A DNA stretch of 33,145 bases, taken from contig NC_068991.1 in NCBI RefSeq assembly GCF_001194135.2, positions 12,865,352 through 12,898,496 on the forward strand, written 5' to 3'. The stretch comes from Octopus bimaculoides (lineage: Eukaryota). How positions within the stretch are numbered: the first letter of the stretch is position 1; the number at the start of each line of letters is the position of its first letter. Of the stretch, positions 22,138 to 32,495 are shown piece after piece. A program made the position numbers and the translations under genes. The notes beneath the pieces are model-generated. The model had not been told where the DNA came from. It made no database searches and saw only the letters and a program-made list of their open reading frames with translations.

Positions 22138-22649
22138 ATATGTACTCAAGGTGAGTACATATGTAAGCAAGGTGAAATGAAAGTTAAAAAATTATGGTAA
22201 TAATGGAGACTGGAAGGCATCTTTATTTGGGTCTCTCACCTGACAGTCCTAGTTTAAGCCTGCATCTGCTGCCTCCCCCGTTTCATTGAAACCTTCTCAT
22301 CTCCCTATCAATCATCTTCTTTATTATTTCGTCTATGACAGTGTACTCTGCTGTTGGTCTATCTGAGGATGGCAGTTGATCTCTCCTGTTCCACTCTACC
22401 ATACTTCCGTGTAACTAGGGATGACCTGACCTGCCCATCTTTCTGACATTCATTTCTGCTCTCCTATTCTTCTATTCATCATCTTTCTTCTATGCACTTT
22501 ACTATGCCGTTGGTCTAACTGAGGATGGCAACTGTCTATTTCCATGGTAACATCTTTAACACCGTTGTCTGTTTTTGTTACAACCACCTGTTGTTTGTTT
22601 CCTGTTTCCAGCTGCATTCTTTGAACAAATGCAGCAAATAAGTATATCT

Positions 22650-22745
22650 TTCACTTGTTTCAGTCATTAGACTGCGGCCATGCTGGGGCACAGCCTTGAA
22701 CTGGTGTTAGTAGAATGAATCAACCCAGGTACTTATATTTTCAAA
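22650..22745 (-). mobile_element. 3' tip of microsatellite-carrying SINE
   Basis: CACTTGTTTCAGTCATTAGACTGCGGCCATGCTGGGGCAC. Confidence 0.75.
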
Positions 22746-22882
22746 GTCTGACTTCTAACCAGACTCACTTGCTGCATCCTATTTCACCATCTCTTGTAAC
22801 TCATTTGTCTCATTCTCACTAAGAGAAAGAGAAGAAGACGAAAGAAGAAATGAAAAGGAGGATATATTAGAAAGAAAAAGAG

Positions 22883-22939
<57 letters not shown>

Positions 22940-23503
22940 AGGGACAAATGGGAGAGAAAGAGAATGTTTCAAAGAATATATGATATCTAAAAGCCAACAT
23001 TTACAAACACTCAGAAACAAATGGTGAGAAACTTACAAGTTCACAGTAGCAGTTCAAATCAATTATCTCCCTTTATTTCACACGTTCTGTGGGAATGTGT
23101 GTGCCTCTGTGTGTATATGTGCGTGTGCGTATGCGTGTGCGTGTGTGTGTATTTAGTCTTACTCTCTCTCTCTCTCACTTTCTTTATCTCAATAGTTGTT
23201 ATTTTACTTCTTGCCTTATCTTTCCTACTGGCTCCTTTTTCTTCTTCTTCTGTTCCCCCCTCACTCTCTCTGTTTCTCTCACTATGCATTGCCAGTCTAT
23301 TTCGTGTTATCTTTTAATCACACACCCCCTAATGCTCTTTTCCTCACTCTCACAATTTTCCCCCTTCATCCAGTCAACCTCTTCCTCTCCTTTTTATCTC
23401 ACTGTGTCACAAATTATCTACCTATCTTACTCACATACACACACACATACTCACACACACACGCACACACAGACATGCATACACATAAAACAAATGTTAT
23501 CAC

Positions 23504-23746
23504 GGTACTACTAAAGCAGCACGGTCCCGAACGCGCAGTCATGCGTCCACGCTCGCTAGTCTTGAGTGGTCGATCCTAACCCTAACCCTAACCCTGTCCC
23601 TAACCCTAACCCTGTCCCTAACCCGCGTGTGCAAATGAATACGTGTTTAGGGTTAGGGTTAGGGTTAAGGTTAGGATCTACCACTCACGACTAGCTAGCG
23701 CGGACGCGCGACTGCGCGTTCGGGACCGTGCTGCTTTAGTAGTACC
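23504..23746. mobile_element. 243-bp palindromic MITE with internal telomeric repeats and 9-bp TSD (Merlin- or Mutator-like)
   Basis: TSD TGTTATCAC at 23495-23503 and 23747-23755. TIRs begin GGTACTACTAAAGCAGCACGG; the first 37 bp are perfect, with about 7 mismatches over about 92 bp. (TAACCC)/(TGTCCC) x8 at 23577-23624 and TTAGGG x3 plus variants at 23647-23675. Confidence 0.93.
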
Positions 23747-23954
23747 TGTTATCACAAGCATCTTTCATCACCACTATCAGATGTGCGCTGTTTATCCTTG
23801 TTTTTCCCTCTCTGTCTGTCTGTCTCTCTCGTTTTACTTTGCCAGCGGATCATACTCAACAGGAAGGTGAAGAAAGGGAATATAAACAGACAAAAGGGAA
23901 ACAGGTTGATATACTGCAGGATCGATAATAATCACGTACACACAAACACACATT

Positions 23955-24110
23955 GCATATTATCGCGGTCATTACTATCGTCGTCGTCGTCGCCATCATC
24001 ATTATCATCACGATTGCCTACAACCACCATCACCACCCCAACCCCCAACCCCACCATCATCATCACCACCCCAACACCACCACCATCATCATCATCATCG
24101 TCATCAATTT
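23955..24110. repeat. (CAT)/(CAC)/(CGT) low-complexity tract
   Basis: Read directly. Confidence 0.8.
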
Positions 24111-24778
24111 GCATCCATTTTTTCCCATACTTTCCTGAGTCGAAGAAATCTTTGCCGATGCAGAGAGCCTCGCCACTTTTTTCCGGTCTTTTACCATCTC
24201 CTTCGTGAGATTCGGCTGTCTCTTTGTCTATGATCAACATTCAGCATTCACTATTTTCTTTGCATGTCTTCCCTTGGTTTTCCTTTTCTACAAGTTTTTA
24301 TTTTTCATTTGGATCATTTCGTTGGTTTTTTTTCGTTTGTTTTTTGTTTATCTAACCATTATCCTTCATACGCATCTTAAGTCTGTATCAACACAGCCCT
24401 CCTCTCTTCCTCACTACATCTTATTTGATTTATGCCCAGTTTTTTCTTTCGGCTCATTTCTGCTTCCTCATAATGTTTACACGAACATTATACATCAAGC
24501 ACACCTCATTCATTTCTACCTTGCACTCATCCTAGCTTCAACTCATCCTAGCTTCCACTCATCCTCACTTACACTCATGCAATATTACTCTTTGGCTGGT
24601 ATTCTGCTTGGCAAAACTTCCGTCCGTCCATCCACCCCCACCCCCAACCACCCTTAAAAATTCTTTTTCATTTTTTGACACAAACCCCACTTTTCGGCTA
24701 CGGGGAATACGAATCTGCAAAAAAAAATTGGCAAAAATCGGCATTTTTCCTTCTGCTTTAAGCACCCTATATAAAAGA

Positions 24779-24819
<41 letters not shown>

Positions 24820-25510
24820 CTTTCAGTTCAGGATAGAAAATATATAAATTTCAAAAATGTTAACTTCTCTGGCATGAGATAATTCCATTATTTTCATTGA
24901 TTCAGTGTTCGATATGACAATGTATGTGTATATGTGTGTGCATGTATGAGTGAATCTGAATGCATGTTTTCTCCAGCTTGTTGCATAATATATTTGCCAT
25001 TGTTATTATCAACATGTACTTTTTCTGCTTCCTTGTCTGCTAACTTCTCATTTTTCATGGATATTAGCCTGCAGAATATCAATGTCATCCTTTTATAATC
25101 TAATTAATATGAGGATTCTCTCCACATTGTAAACAAATATGGTTGCCATCTTCCCGCTTTCTCAGTGAGTTAAGCTTACTCTCCTTTATCATTCTAATTT
25201 ACATTATCTCATTTTCTTTTTGCTTTCCTTTGATTTGCTACCATTTGTGTATTGGAGAGGAGGTGCTGCAGTGTATATCAAAAACTTGAGTGAAAACCAT
25301 CAATGAAAGACTACTTAAACAATTGCAGGGGTCAGTTATTTGGGTAAAATACTAGCTCTCCAAAATTTGACACTGTTAGAACTGCTATTCAAATTTTACT
25401 CTTCTCACATTGTGTTCTGAATGTTCTGTTTATATCTTCAGAAAACTGAAGGCTTATCTACAATTCAATTGTAGCATTGGATTCTGATTTGTATCGAATC
25501 AAGTGAAACT

Positions 25511-25724
25511 GTTACTCTTTTACTCTTTTACTTGTTTCAGTCATTTGACTGCGGCCATGCTGGAGCACCACCTTTAGTCGAGCAAATCGACCCCAGGACT
25601 TATGGTAAGCCTAGTACTTATTCTATTGGTCTCTTTTGCTGAACCGCTAAGCTACGGGGACGTAAACACACCAGCATCGGTTGTCAAGCGATGTTGGGAG
25701 GGACAAACACAGACACAAACATAT

Positions 25725-25763
<39 letters not shown>

Positions 25764-25927
25764 TATGACGGGCTCCTTTCAGATTCCGTCTACCAAATCC
25801 ACTCACAAGGCTTTGGTCGGCCTGAGGCTATAGTAGAAGACACTTGCCCAAGGTGCCATGCAGTGGGACTGAACCCGGAACCATGTGGTTGGTAAGCAAG
25901 CTACTTACCACACAGCCACTCCTGTGC
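25511..25927 (-). mobile_element. Full-length CORE-type tRNA SINE with an internal (TA)/(CA) microsatellite
   Basis: Head GGAGTGGCTGTGTGGTAAG, B-box GGGTTCAGTCCC, CORE-like CACCTTGGGCAAGTGTCTTCTACTATAG, microsatellite at about 25705-25766, tail (GTAAAAGA)n. Confidence 0.92.
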
Positions 25928-26834
25928 CAATGTTTAAAAAAAATATTTACTGGAGTCCAATTGTTCGACTAAACTCTTCAAGGCAGTGCTACGGCATGTC
26001 TACAGTAAAACAAGTTAAATATAAAAGATACTTTTTTTGTGTACTGGTCATGTTTCATGCTCTTTTCGTCTGTTCTTTTCTGCTGTATATAGTCTTGTAT
26101 GTTTGGATAGTACATTGAATATGGTGGAGCCCAAGAACTGCTCTTTGGTTATTGTTCTCATTCCTTCAGGAGCCACTCTCACATTTAACAAAACTTAGCA
26201 GGGATTTAATTTTCACTTCTAAAAGAAATGATGGAACATTCTACAATGTTTGGGTGGAGTTCACCTCTTTAGAGAGATATCTCTTTTTACCATTTAAGGT
26301 CATGTGTCTTGAAACCCATGTTCTCTAAGGTAACTTTCACCCATCAACTGTCTTTCTAAGAGATTATTCTTGTAGTAACCATTGACTTTGTTTTAATTTA
26401 TAAGAGATATTTCAGCTCTTATCTTTTGATTATTCGTTATTTCTTGATTCAAACATATAAAATGTGTGTGTATATACATCATATTATTAAGAAACATCAT
26501 CTAAGACAATTTTTTCTCTTATTAATTATTCAATGTGTTAAACATAATGCAACTACATGCTGTTAGATTTCTTAATATGCTAAACTGATACGTTAGCAGA
26601 ACTTTTGGCTTCTTTTTTAAGCAAGGACATTAGATTAATTCTTAGATTAATTAGATAAATTATTTGTTAATTTCTTTGTGGCGGATCCAATATATTATAC
26701 ATATACAACAATTCATTAGGAAGAGGTTTGTTATGACCCTTTCTAATAAATGTATCAAATGTTCTTCAAATCTAAAAGTTTTCAAACTATCAGCTTCAGC
26801 AGACTGACTATTTCTATATGGTTTATTATATCTA

Positions 26835-27356
26835 GGGCCCCCTTCGGTCATGGCTGACCATGGGTATTACATCTGTCCATTTATTGTCTAGGTTGGGCTG
26901 CTCGGCTTGTGTAGCACCTCCTGTGGCTATGAGGACCAATGCGAGAATAACAGTCTCGGTTGCATAGATCGCATCTGTGTGTGGATTCTGGTCTGTCGGC
27001 TGTCGATCCCTTACGCCGGGCTCGCTTTTCTGCAGCTGCAGCTGACAGCTTCTCTTCACCAATCCGTAACTGTTTGAGAAGTGTGCTTTTCCACCTGGTG
27101 CGGTCTGCCACCAGGTCCTCCCACATGTAGATGTCGATGTCGAGCACCTTCATGTCCCTCCTGCACACATCCTTGTACCTCAGCTGTGGGCAGCCCCTGT
27201 TTCTCTGTCCTGCTGCAAGTTCTCCGTAGAGAATATCTTTTGGGATTTGGCTGTCTTTCATATGGCGAACATGGCCTAGCCAGTGTAGTTGACATTGTCT
27301 CAGCAAGGTGTACATGGATGAGAGGCCAGCACGAGTCAGGATGTCGGTGTCTGATT
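26835..27356 (-). mobile_element. 5'-truncated RTE LINE (family B, BovB/RTE-like): ORF C-terminus and short 3' UTR
   Basis: Open frame ...LHWLGHVRHMKDSQIPKDILYGELAAGQRNRGCPQLRYKDVCRRDM...DRTRW...CDLCNRDCYSRIGPHSHRRC* has the RTE C-terminus and terminal CxxC..SRIG..SH zinc finger. The first ~30 aa of the track ORF are not LINE-derived. Confidence 0.92.
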
Positions 27357-27379
27357 CAGCTATCAGAATTTCAGTTAAG

Positions 27380-27650
27380 ACCCTGTGTTGGTAACACGTA
27401 AAAACACCTCTGCTGGCGATATGCAAAATGCAAAATGCACCCATGCCAGTGACATATAGAAGGCACCTGAGTTAGTGACATGTAAATGACACCCAGTACA
27501 CTCTATGGAGTGGTTGGCATTAGGAAGGGCCTCCAGCCATAGAAACCATGCCAAATCTGGAACCTGGTGTAGCTCTCTGGCTTACCAGTTCCAGTCAAAC
27601 TGTTTTCCATGTGAGCATGGAAAACAGATGCTAAATGATGAGGAGGATGG
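27380..27650 (+). mobile_element. Diverged RTE family A tail
   Basis: ACACGTAAAAACACC...GAGTGGTTGGCATTAGGAAGGGC.TCCAGC..AGAAAC...AGCATGGAAA..GATG.TAAATGATGA. Confidence 0.7.
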
Positions 27651-27867
27651 CATCCATTTGCGTAAATTGTTTACATCACAATATTCAGAAAGAGCATCTG
27701 TTTATCATGGCATCAGAAACTGAAGAAGAAATTGCTTAAGAAAGTGTCAAAAATCATTCTGAAAACTGAGAGCAGCCCTATTTACTTGACAATGTAATTT
27801 GTGAAGAATTTATTGGTTAGGGAGCAGCTTTTGAAACTGATGCCAAATTGCTTCTGCAATGCATATA

Positions 27868-28045
27868 CAGTAGTATAGCTAGGGAAAGGGGTGAGGGGTG
27901 GTGGTCTGTCTTGGTCAATGCTTTTAGTGGGGGTGACACTTTCGGGTCTGCTGTATAAGCCTGTATGGGCTTGGTGCCCATCTGGGGTGGGACACAAACT
28001 GAAGGGCTGTCCTGGGTGGTGGCCCACACTCAAACAACACCACTG
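27868..28045. mobile_element. MITE, second copy of the CAGT...ACTG family
   Basis: TA|CAGTAGTATAGC ... ACAACACCACTG; internal CACTTTCGGGTCTGCTGTATAAGCCTGTAT is shared with 8265-8409. Confidence 0.7.
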
Positions 28046-28159
28046 TGTATATTGTCAGTGTTGACATCCAGTTATATGCCATATGTGTTGCCTGGGAAAG
28101 AGCTAAAAAATCACTGGTTTTCAAGCAAAGCTGCTTGTTTCGTTTTTCATCTAATTTTA

Positions 28160-29261
28160 CTGTAACATTCTGTGCCTCAACCTGGTAGTGGTTAATGGCA
28201 TAAAACTGTAAAGGCAGTGGGAGAAATTTTCATGATGCAGTAGCAACTCCATCTCTACATGGTTTAATTCATTATTCATCACCACTACATGAAGTTACAA
28301 GAAGAAAATGGTGGACAGTTAGTGGAGCTAAAAAACGCTTGGATTTGTCAGAATGCATCTTGTTATGATGTGCATCGTATGTTTCCATCTATTTTGAACA
28401 TTCTACCATATTTTGGTGAAGATATCAAATCACACTGCAGAGACAAAACGAGGGCAAGTCACTTTTATTACAGTTCTCTTTGCCTGCAAATATTTTATCT
28501 ATTTGAACATGTTCTGCTAGGAATTGAACCTCTAAAATGACTATTGTAATCATTTGCACAGCATATGATGACTATAGCAAGCAAATTCATATCCACCGAA
28601 TATGATGAATGTAGCAAGCAAATTCGTATCCACTTAAGGATATTGATATCGAATGAAATGTTATACTATGAAAATATGTGATGTGTGATCAAGTAGTAGG
28701 CCACTGAATTCATTAAGGACTTCCAGCTGGTTTCAGAGAAGTTAAAACAGTGAAGCAAATTACGACAATCCTTGGAAAAGGAAGCAGACAGTGAAATTGA
28801 TGGAAGTTGGCCAATGAATAGTAGAAATAGTTTTTACCAATCTTCACTGGATTAGAATAACTAAGAAGCCCAATGCCACTTTTTAACAGAAAGCTTATAA
28901 CTTTATGAAGAGTCTTTCTAATCTTAATCCCCAAAGTGACCAACTTCTCAATATTAAAAATATCAAAATTCATGGCAGAGGTTTATCAGTTGAACTTGGA
29001 TGATCTGAAAGCAGAGTGTTGCAGTTGTAAGAGTGAAAGACACTGAGTAATATGCAGTGAATGCTTTCTTTAAACCATCCAAATTTCTGCAGTGATCCCT
29101 GTAAATTGTAGGCTGTGAACACAGTTTTTCTGAGCTGTGACAGGATAATTTTGGAGCAATTGCCATTTAACAGATAACGTAAAGAAAATCTGAATCTTGG
29201 AGATGTAGTCCTTTGTTTCATAGCAAGACATCTTCAGTGTGGTATTAGAATTGTTAAATAA
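28160..29261 (+). mobile_element. Heavily decayed hAT-superfamily transposase gene (catalytic region to dimerisation domain)
   Basis: Frameshifted translation: CLNLVVV; KLQEENGGQLVELK..WICQ...FPSILNIL; MKSLSNLNPQSDQLLNIKNIK/MAEVYQLNLDDLKAE; CEHSFS; NLNLGDVV..FIARH..IRI*. These lie in the expected order for ZMYM1-like hAT transposases (HxLNLV, RW, ALNP, CERSFS, LDxVxxF..R). Confidence 0.62.
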
Positions 29262-29454
29262 TTATTGATGAATGAGAGCATTTGGTAGGCTGTATTGCAT
29301 TTATAACGACTACACTAATATTTATACATTTCCATAATTTTTTTTACTAACCAGTGACTTTTGCATTGACATGTATACACTAGATGAATAAACTGAACAG
29401 CATTCAAAATATATCAAATGGAATAAGTTTTCATTGTAATATAACTTAAATAGG

Positions 29455-29776
29455 GTGGAGGCGCAATGGCCCAGTGGTTAGGGCAGCGGACTCACAGTCA
29501 TAGGATCGCGGTTTCAATTCCCAGACCGGGCGTTGTGAGTGTTTATTGAGCGAAAACACCTAAAGCTCTACGAGGCTCCGGCAGGGGATGGTGGCGAACC
29601 CTGCTGTACTCTTCCACCACAACTTTCTCTCACTCTTACTTCCTGTTTCTGTTGTGCCTGTAATTCAAAGGGTCAGCCTTGTCACACTGAATATCTCTGA
29701 GAACTACATTAAGGATACACGTGTCTGTGGAGTGCTCAGCCACTTGCACGTTAATTTCACGAGCAGGCCAACAACC
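29455..29776 (+). mobile_element. tRNA-derived SINE (OR-like) with 8-bp TSD and deleted tail hairpin
   Basis: Same family as 7270. TAAATAGG at 29447-29454 and 29777-29784. Lacks the ~50 bp before CAACAAC that is present in the 31519 copy. Confidence 0.92.
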
Positions 29777-29787
29777 TAAATAGGAAT

Positions 29788-29941
29788 TGAGCGTGATCGT
29801 TACCAGCGTTGCCTTACTGGCACTTGTGCTGGTGGCATGTGAAAAAACATATGAGTGAGGTCGCTGCCAGTGTCACTGGACTGGCTCCTGTGCAGGTGGC
29901 GCATAAAATACACCATTTTGAGCATGGCCCTTGCCAGTACC
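29788..29941 (+). mobile_element. RTE family A 3' UTR hairpin units
   Basis: GCCAGTGTCACTGGACTGGCTCCTGTGCAGGTGGC...CACCATTTTGAGC..GGCC.TTGCCAGTACC. Confidence 0.85.
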
Positions 29942-29944
29942 TAG

Positions 29945-30750
29945 CATCATTTCAATGACATTTTAAAGGCCACGAGAGAGGGTTCCAATGCATATACCTT
30001 GGGTTTAGCAAAGCCTTTGAAAGGGTTGATCACTGCATCCTGCTGAAGAAACTGTCCAACATTGGAGTCTGAGGAAGGCTGTTAACTTGGATTAAATGTT
30101 TTCTGATGAACAGAACTCAACATGTGGTGATTGATGGTGTTTGATCGACTTCAGTCAGGGTTATAAGTGGAGTCCCACAAGGCACTGTATTGGTTCCGCT
30201 CCTTTTCATAATATATATTAACGACATCACTAACGTCATCACAAAAAAGATAGATGACATAACAAGCCTTGACTATTGGGGATCGACTCAAAAAGCTCAG
30301 GCTTTACTCCTTCCAACGCCGCCGTGAGCGCTATATCATCCGTATGATGTGGAAAATATTCCATCAACATTGCCCAAATGATATAGGTATCATCTTTAAA
30401 ATTCATCTGACGCTTGGCCCCCGTGTCATCCGTCTACTACAGAAATCATGTTCGTGTCGTATCACAACACTACGACAGAACTATTCCACCTCAACTGGCC
30501 CTGCTCTCTTCAACATCGTGACAGCCCACAAAATGGAGGAAAGTGATTTCACGGCATTTAAACGGTCCCTAGATGGTTACTTTCAACAGATACCAGACAA
30601 ACCACCCACACCAGGATATGTCTCTGAAAACAATAACTCTCTGCTCGAATGGGTTATGATGCCCAAGAACTGACTGTATTTCTTCCAGGTGGGGCTATTA
30701 AATTAGACATGGCCTGGGCCAACTTCGGCCGAAACTTATCTAAGTATCTA
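29945..30750 (+). mobile_element. CR1-group LINE fragment: RT motifs fused by internal deletion to the ORF2 C-terminus and 3' UTR
   Basis: From 29995: YLGFSKAFERVDHCILLKKL..IGV*GRLLTWIKCFL..RTQ.V...SGVPQGTVLVPLLFIIYINDI. From about 30241: TKKID..LDYW/DRLKKLRLYSFQRRRERY...GPALFN...FKRSLD...IPDKP. Both TGA stops could be CGA-to-TGA decay. Tail GGCC..GGCCGAAAC..(CTAAGTAT). Confidence 0.88.
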
Positions 30751-30943
30751 TGTATGAAATGTACACACACATACACACACGGACTGCACATACACACGTG
30801 CATATGTATGGATATATATCAATATCGCTATTCATCTTTTCCTGTCTCTCTTTCTGTCTAATAATAATAATAATATATTAGTCTCTACACTTGTATTGAG
30901 TTTTTAAAGCATTGAATGCTCTGATGCATTTATAAAAAAAAAC

Positions 30944-30981
<38 letters not shown>

Positions 30982-31138
30982 TTAATAAATGGAGTAATAC
31001 GCATATGTTAAATGAATTCAGGGAGTTTCTACCTCATAAACAGGAGTTACACCACAGTCATTTTGTGATCTTTGCTACCCTGGTATCTATTAACCAATTT
31101 ATTTTGTCGGAGTTAATTATGAACTAAGAGAAAATAAA

Positions 31139-31196
<58 letters not shown>

Positions 31197-31518
31197 TGCA
31201 CTATTTCTCATTTATAATACATGTCCGCGTATGTACAGTATTATAACTTCGTCAAAACACAAATGTATTAATGCCTCGGTTGCATCAAAATTTGTGGACC
31301 ACGTTAGTTAAAATTTAAATTTTCATTATTATTAGTTGTGTCATCGTTGAAGCAGATAAAAAAAAATGTCCTGTAAATATTTAGTTACGTCCCTTTACAT
31401 TGTGATTTCACATCTAAGCAAATGGTTGGCGATAGACTCTCACATTCGCCTGGGTACGCTAAAATAAAATATCAGTGAAGTACAGCCGTTTAAGAATTCG
31501 CCTATGATCTCCCCTCTC

Positions 31519-31902
31519 TGTTGTTGGCACTCCGTCGCTTACGACGACGAGGGTTCCAGTTGATCGGATCAATGAAACAGCCTGCTTGTGAAATTAACGT
31601 GCAAGTGGCTGAGCACTCCACAGACACGTGTACCCTTAACGTAGTTCTCGGGGAATATTCAGCGTGACACAGAGTGACAAGGCTGGCCCTTTGAAATACA
31701 GGCACAACAGAAACAGGAAGTAAGAGTGAGAGAAAGTCGTGGTGAAAGAGTACAGCAGGGTTCGTCACCATCCACTGCCGGATCCTCGTGGAACTTTAGG
31801 TGTTTTCGCTCGATAAACACTCACAATGCTCGGTCTGGGAATTGAAACCGTGATCCAATGACCGACCGCGAGTCCGCTTCTCTAACCACTGGGCCATTGC
31901 GC
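31519..31902 (-). mobile_element. Full-length tRNA-derived SINE (OR-like) with intact tail hairpins
   Basis: Reverse complement of the 7270/29455 family, including tail TTGATCCGATCAA and GTCGTCGTAAGCGAC and a (CAA)n end. Confidence 0.92.
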
Positions 31903-32279
31903 GGCATTGTACTTATGCTGGAAATAATTATAAAATCAGTAAAAATATCGAATACAATGTCTTGAAATATTTAGTTATGTCCCTTTACGGTCTGCTAAGA
32001 CTGAGTTTATTATTATTCATCATTTGTGGGTGCGATTTTAAGCCAAACATTCTTTGCCCCCTCATCCCATAAAATGTGTGACCCTTGTGCTAATGTCAGA
32101 ACATGGCAAGTGCTTGTTTTATGCAAATTCGCCAGACAGGAAGACAGAATGGGTTTAAACGTATGCTGGAGAGTCACGTGATAATGTTTTGGCTGTTCCA
32201 ACAACCTGTCTGTCATACAAAAAAAAAAAATTATGAACAATGACAGATCGTATATAATGCACGCTGAAAGAAGCGATTT

Positions 32280-32495
32280 GATATCTGTATCTATACATCT
32301 CTCTATCTATACATATACACGTACAAATATACACGCATATATACATATATGTGCCTGTTTTTGCATGCCTGTTGGTATATTATGTATGTATGTATATGTG
32401 TTGCGTGTATGTAACTATATATGTATGTGTGTGTATAAATACAGGGATGTATGCATATACAAATATNNNNNNNNNNACATACATACATACATAGA
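32280..32495. repeat. (TA)/(TATG) microsatellite-like tract
   Basis: Read directly. Confidence 0.75.

Noticed and set aside
23577-23675. True telomere or telomere-fusion scar
   Set aside because: The tracts are short, enclosed by TIRs and a TSD, and in (CCCTAA)...(TTAGGG) order. An end-to-end fusion would give TTAGGG...CCCTAA.
25529-25560. Hammerhead ribozyme in the SINE tail (CAGTC-AAAT-GACTG-AAAC on the minus strand)
   Set aside because: A hairpin plus GAAAC is present but no CUGANGA precedes it; it is better explained as a LINE-recognition tail stem-loop. The same applies to the CR1 tail near 30715-30735.
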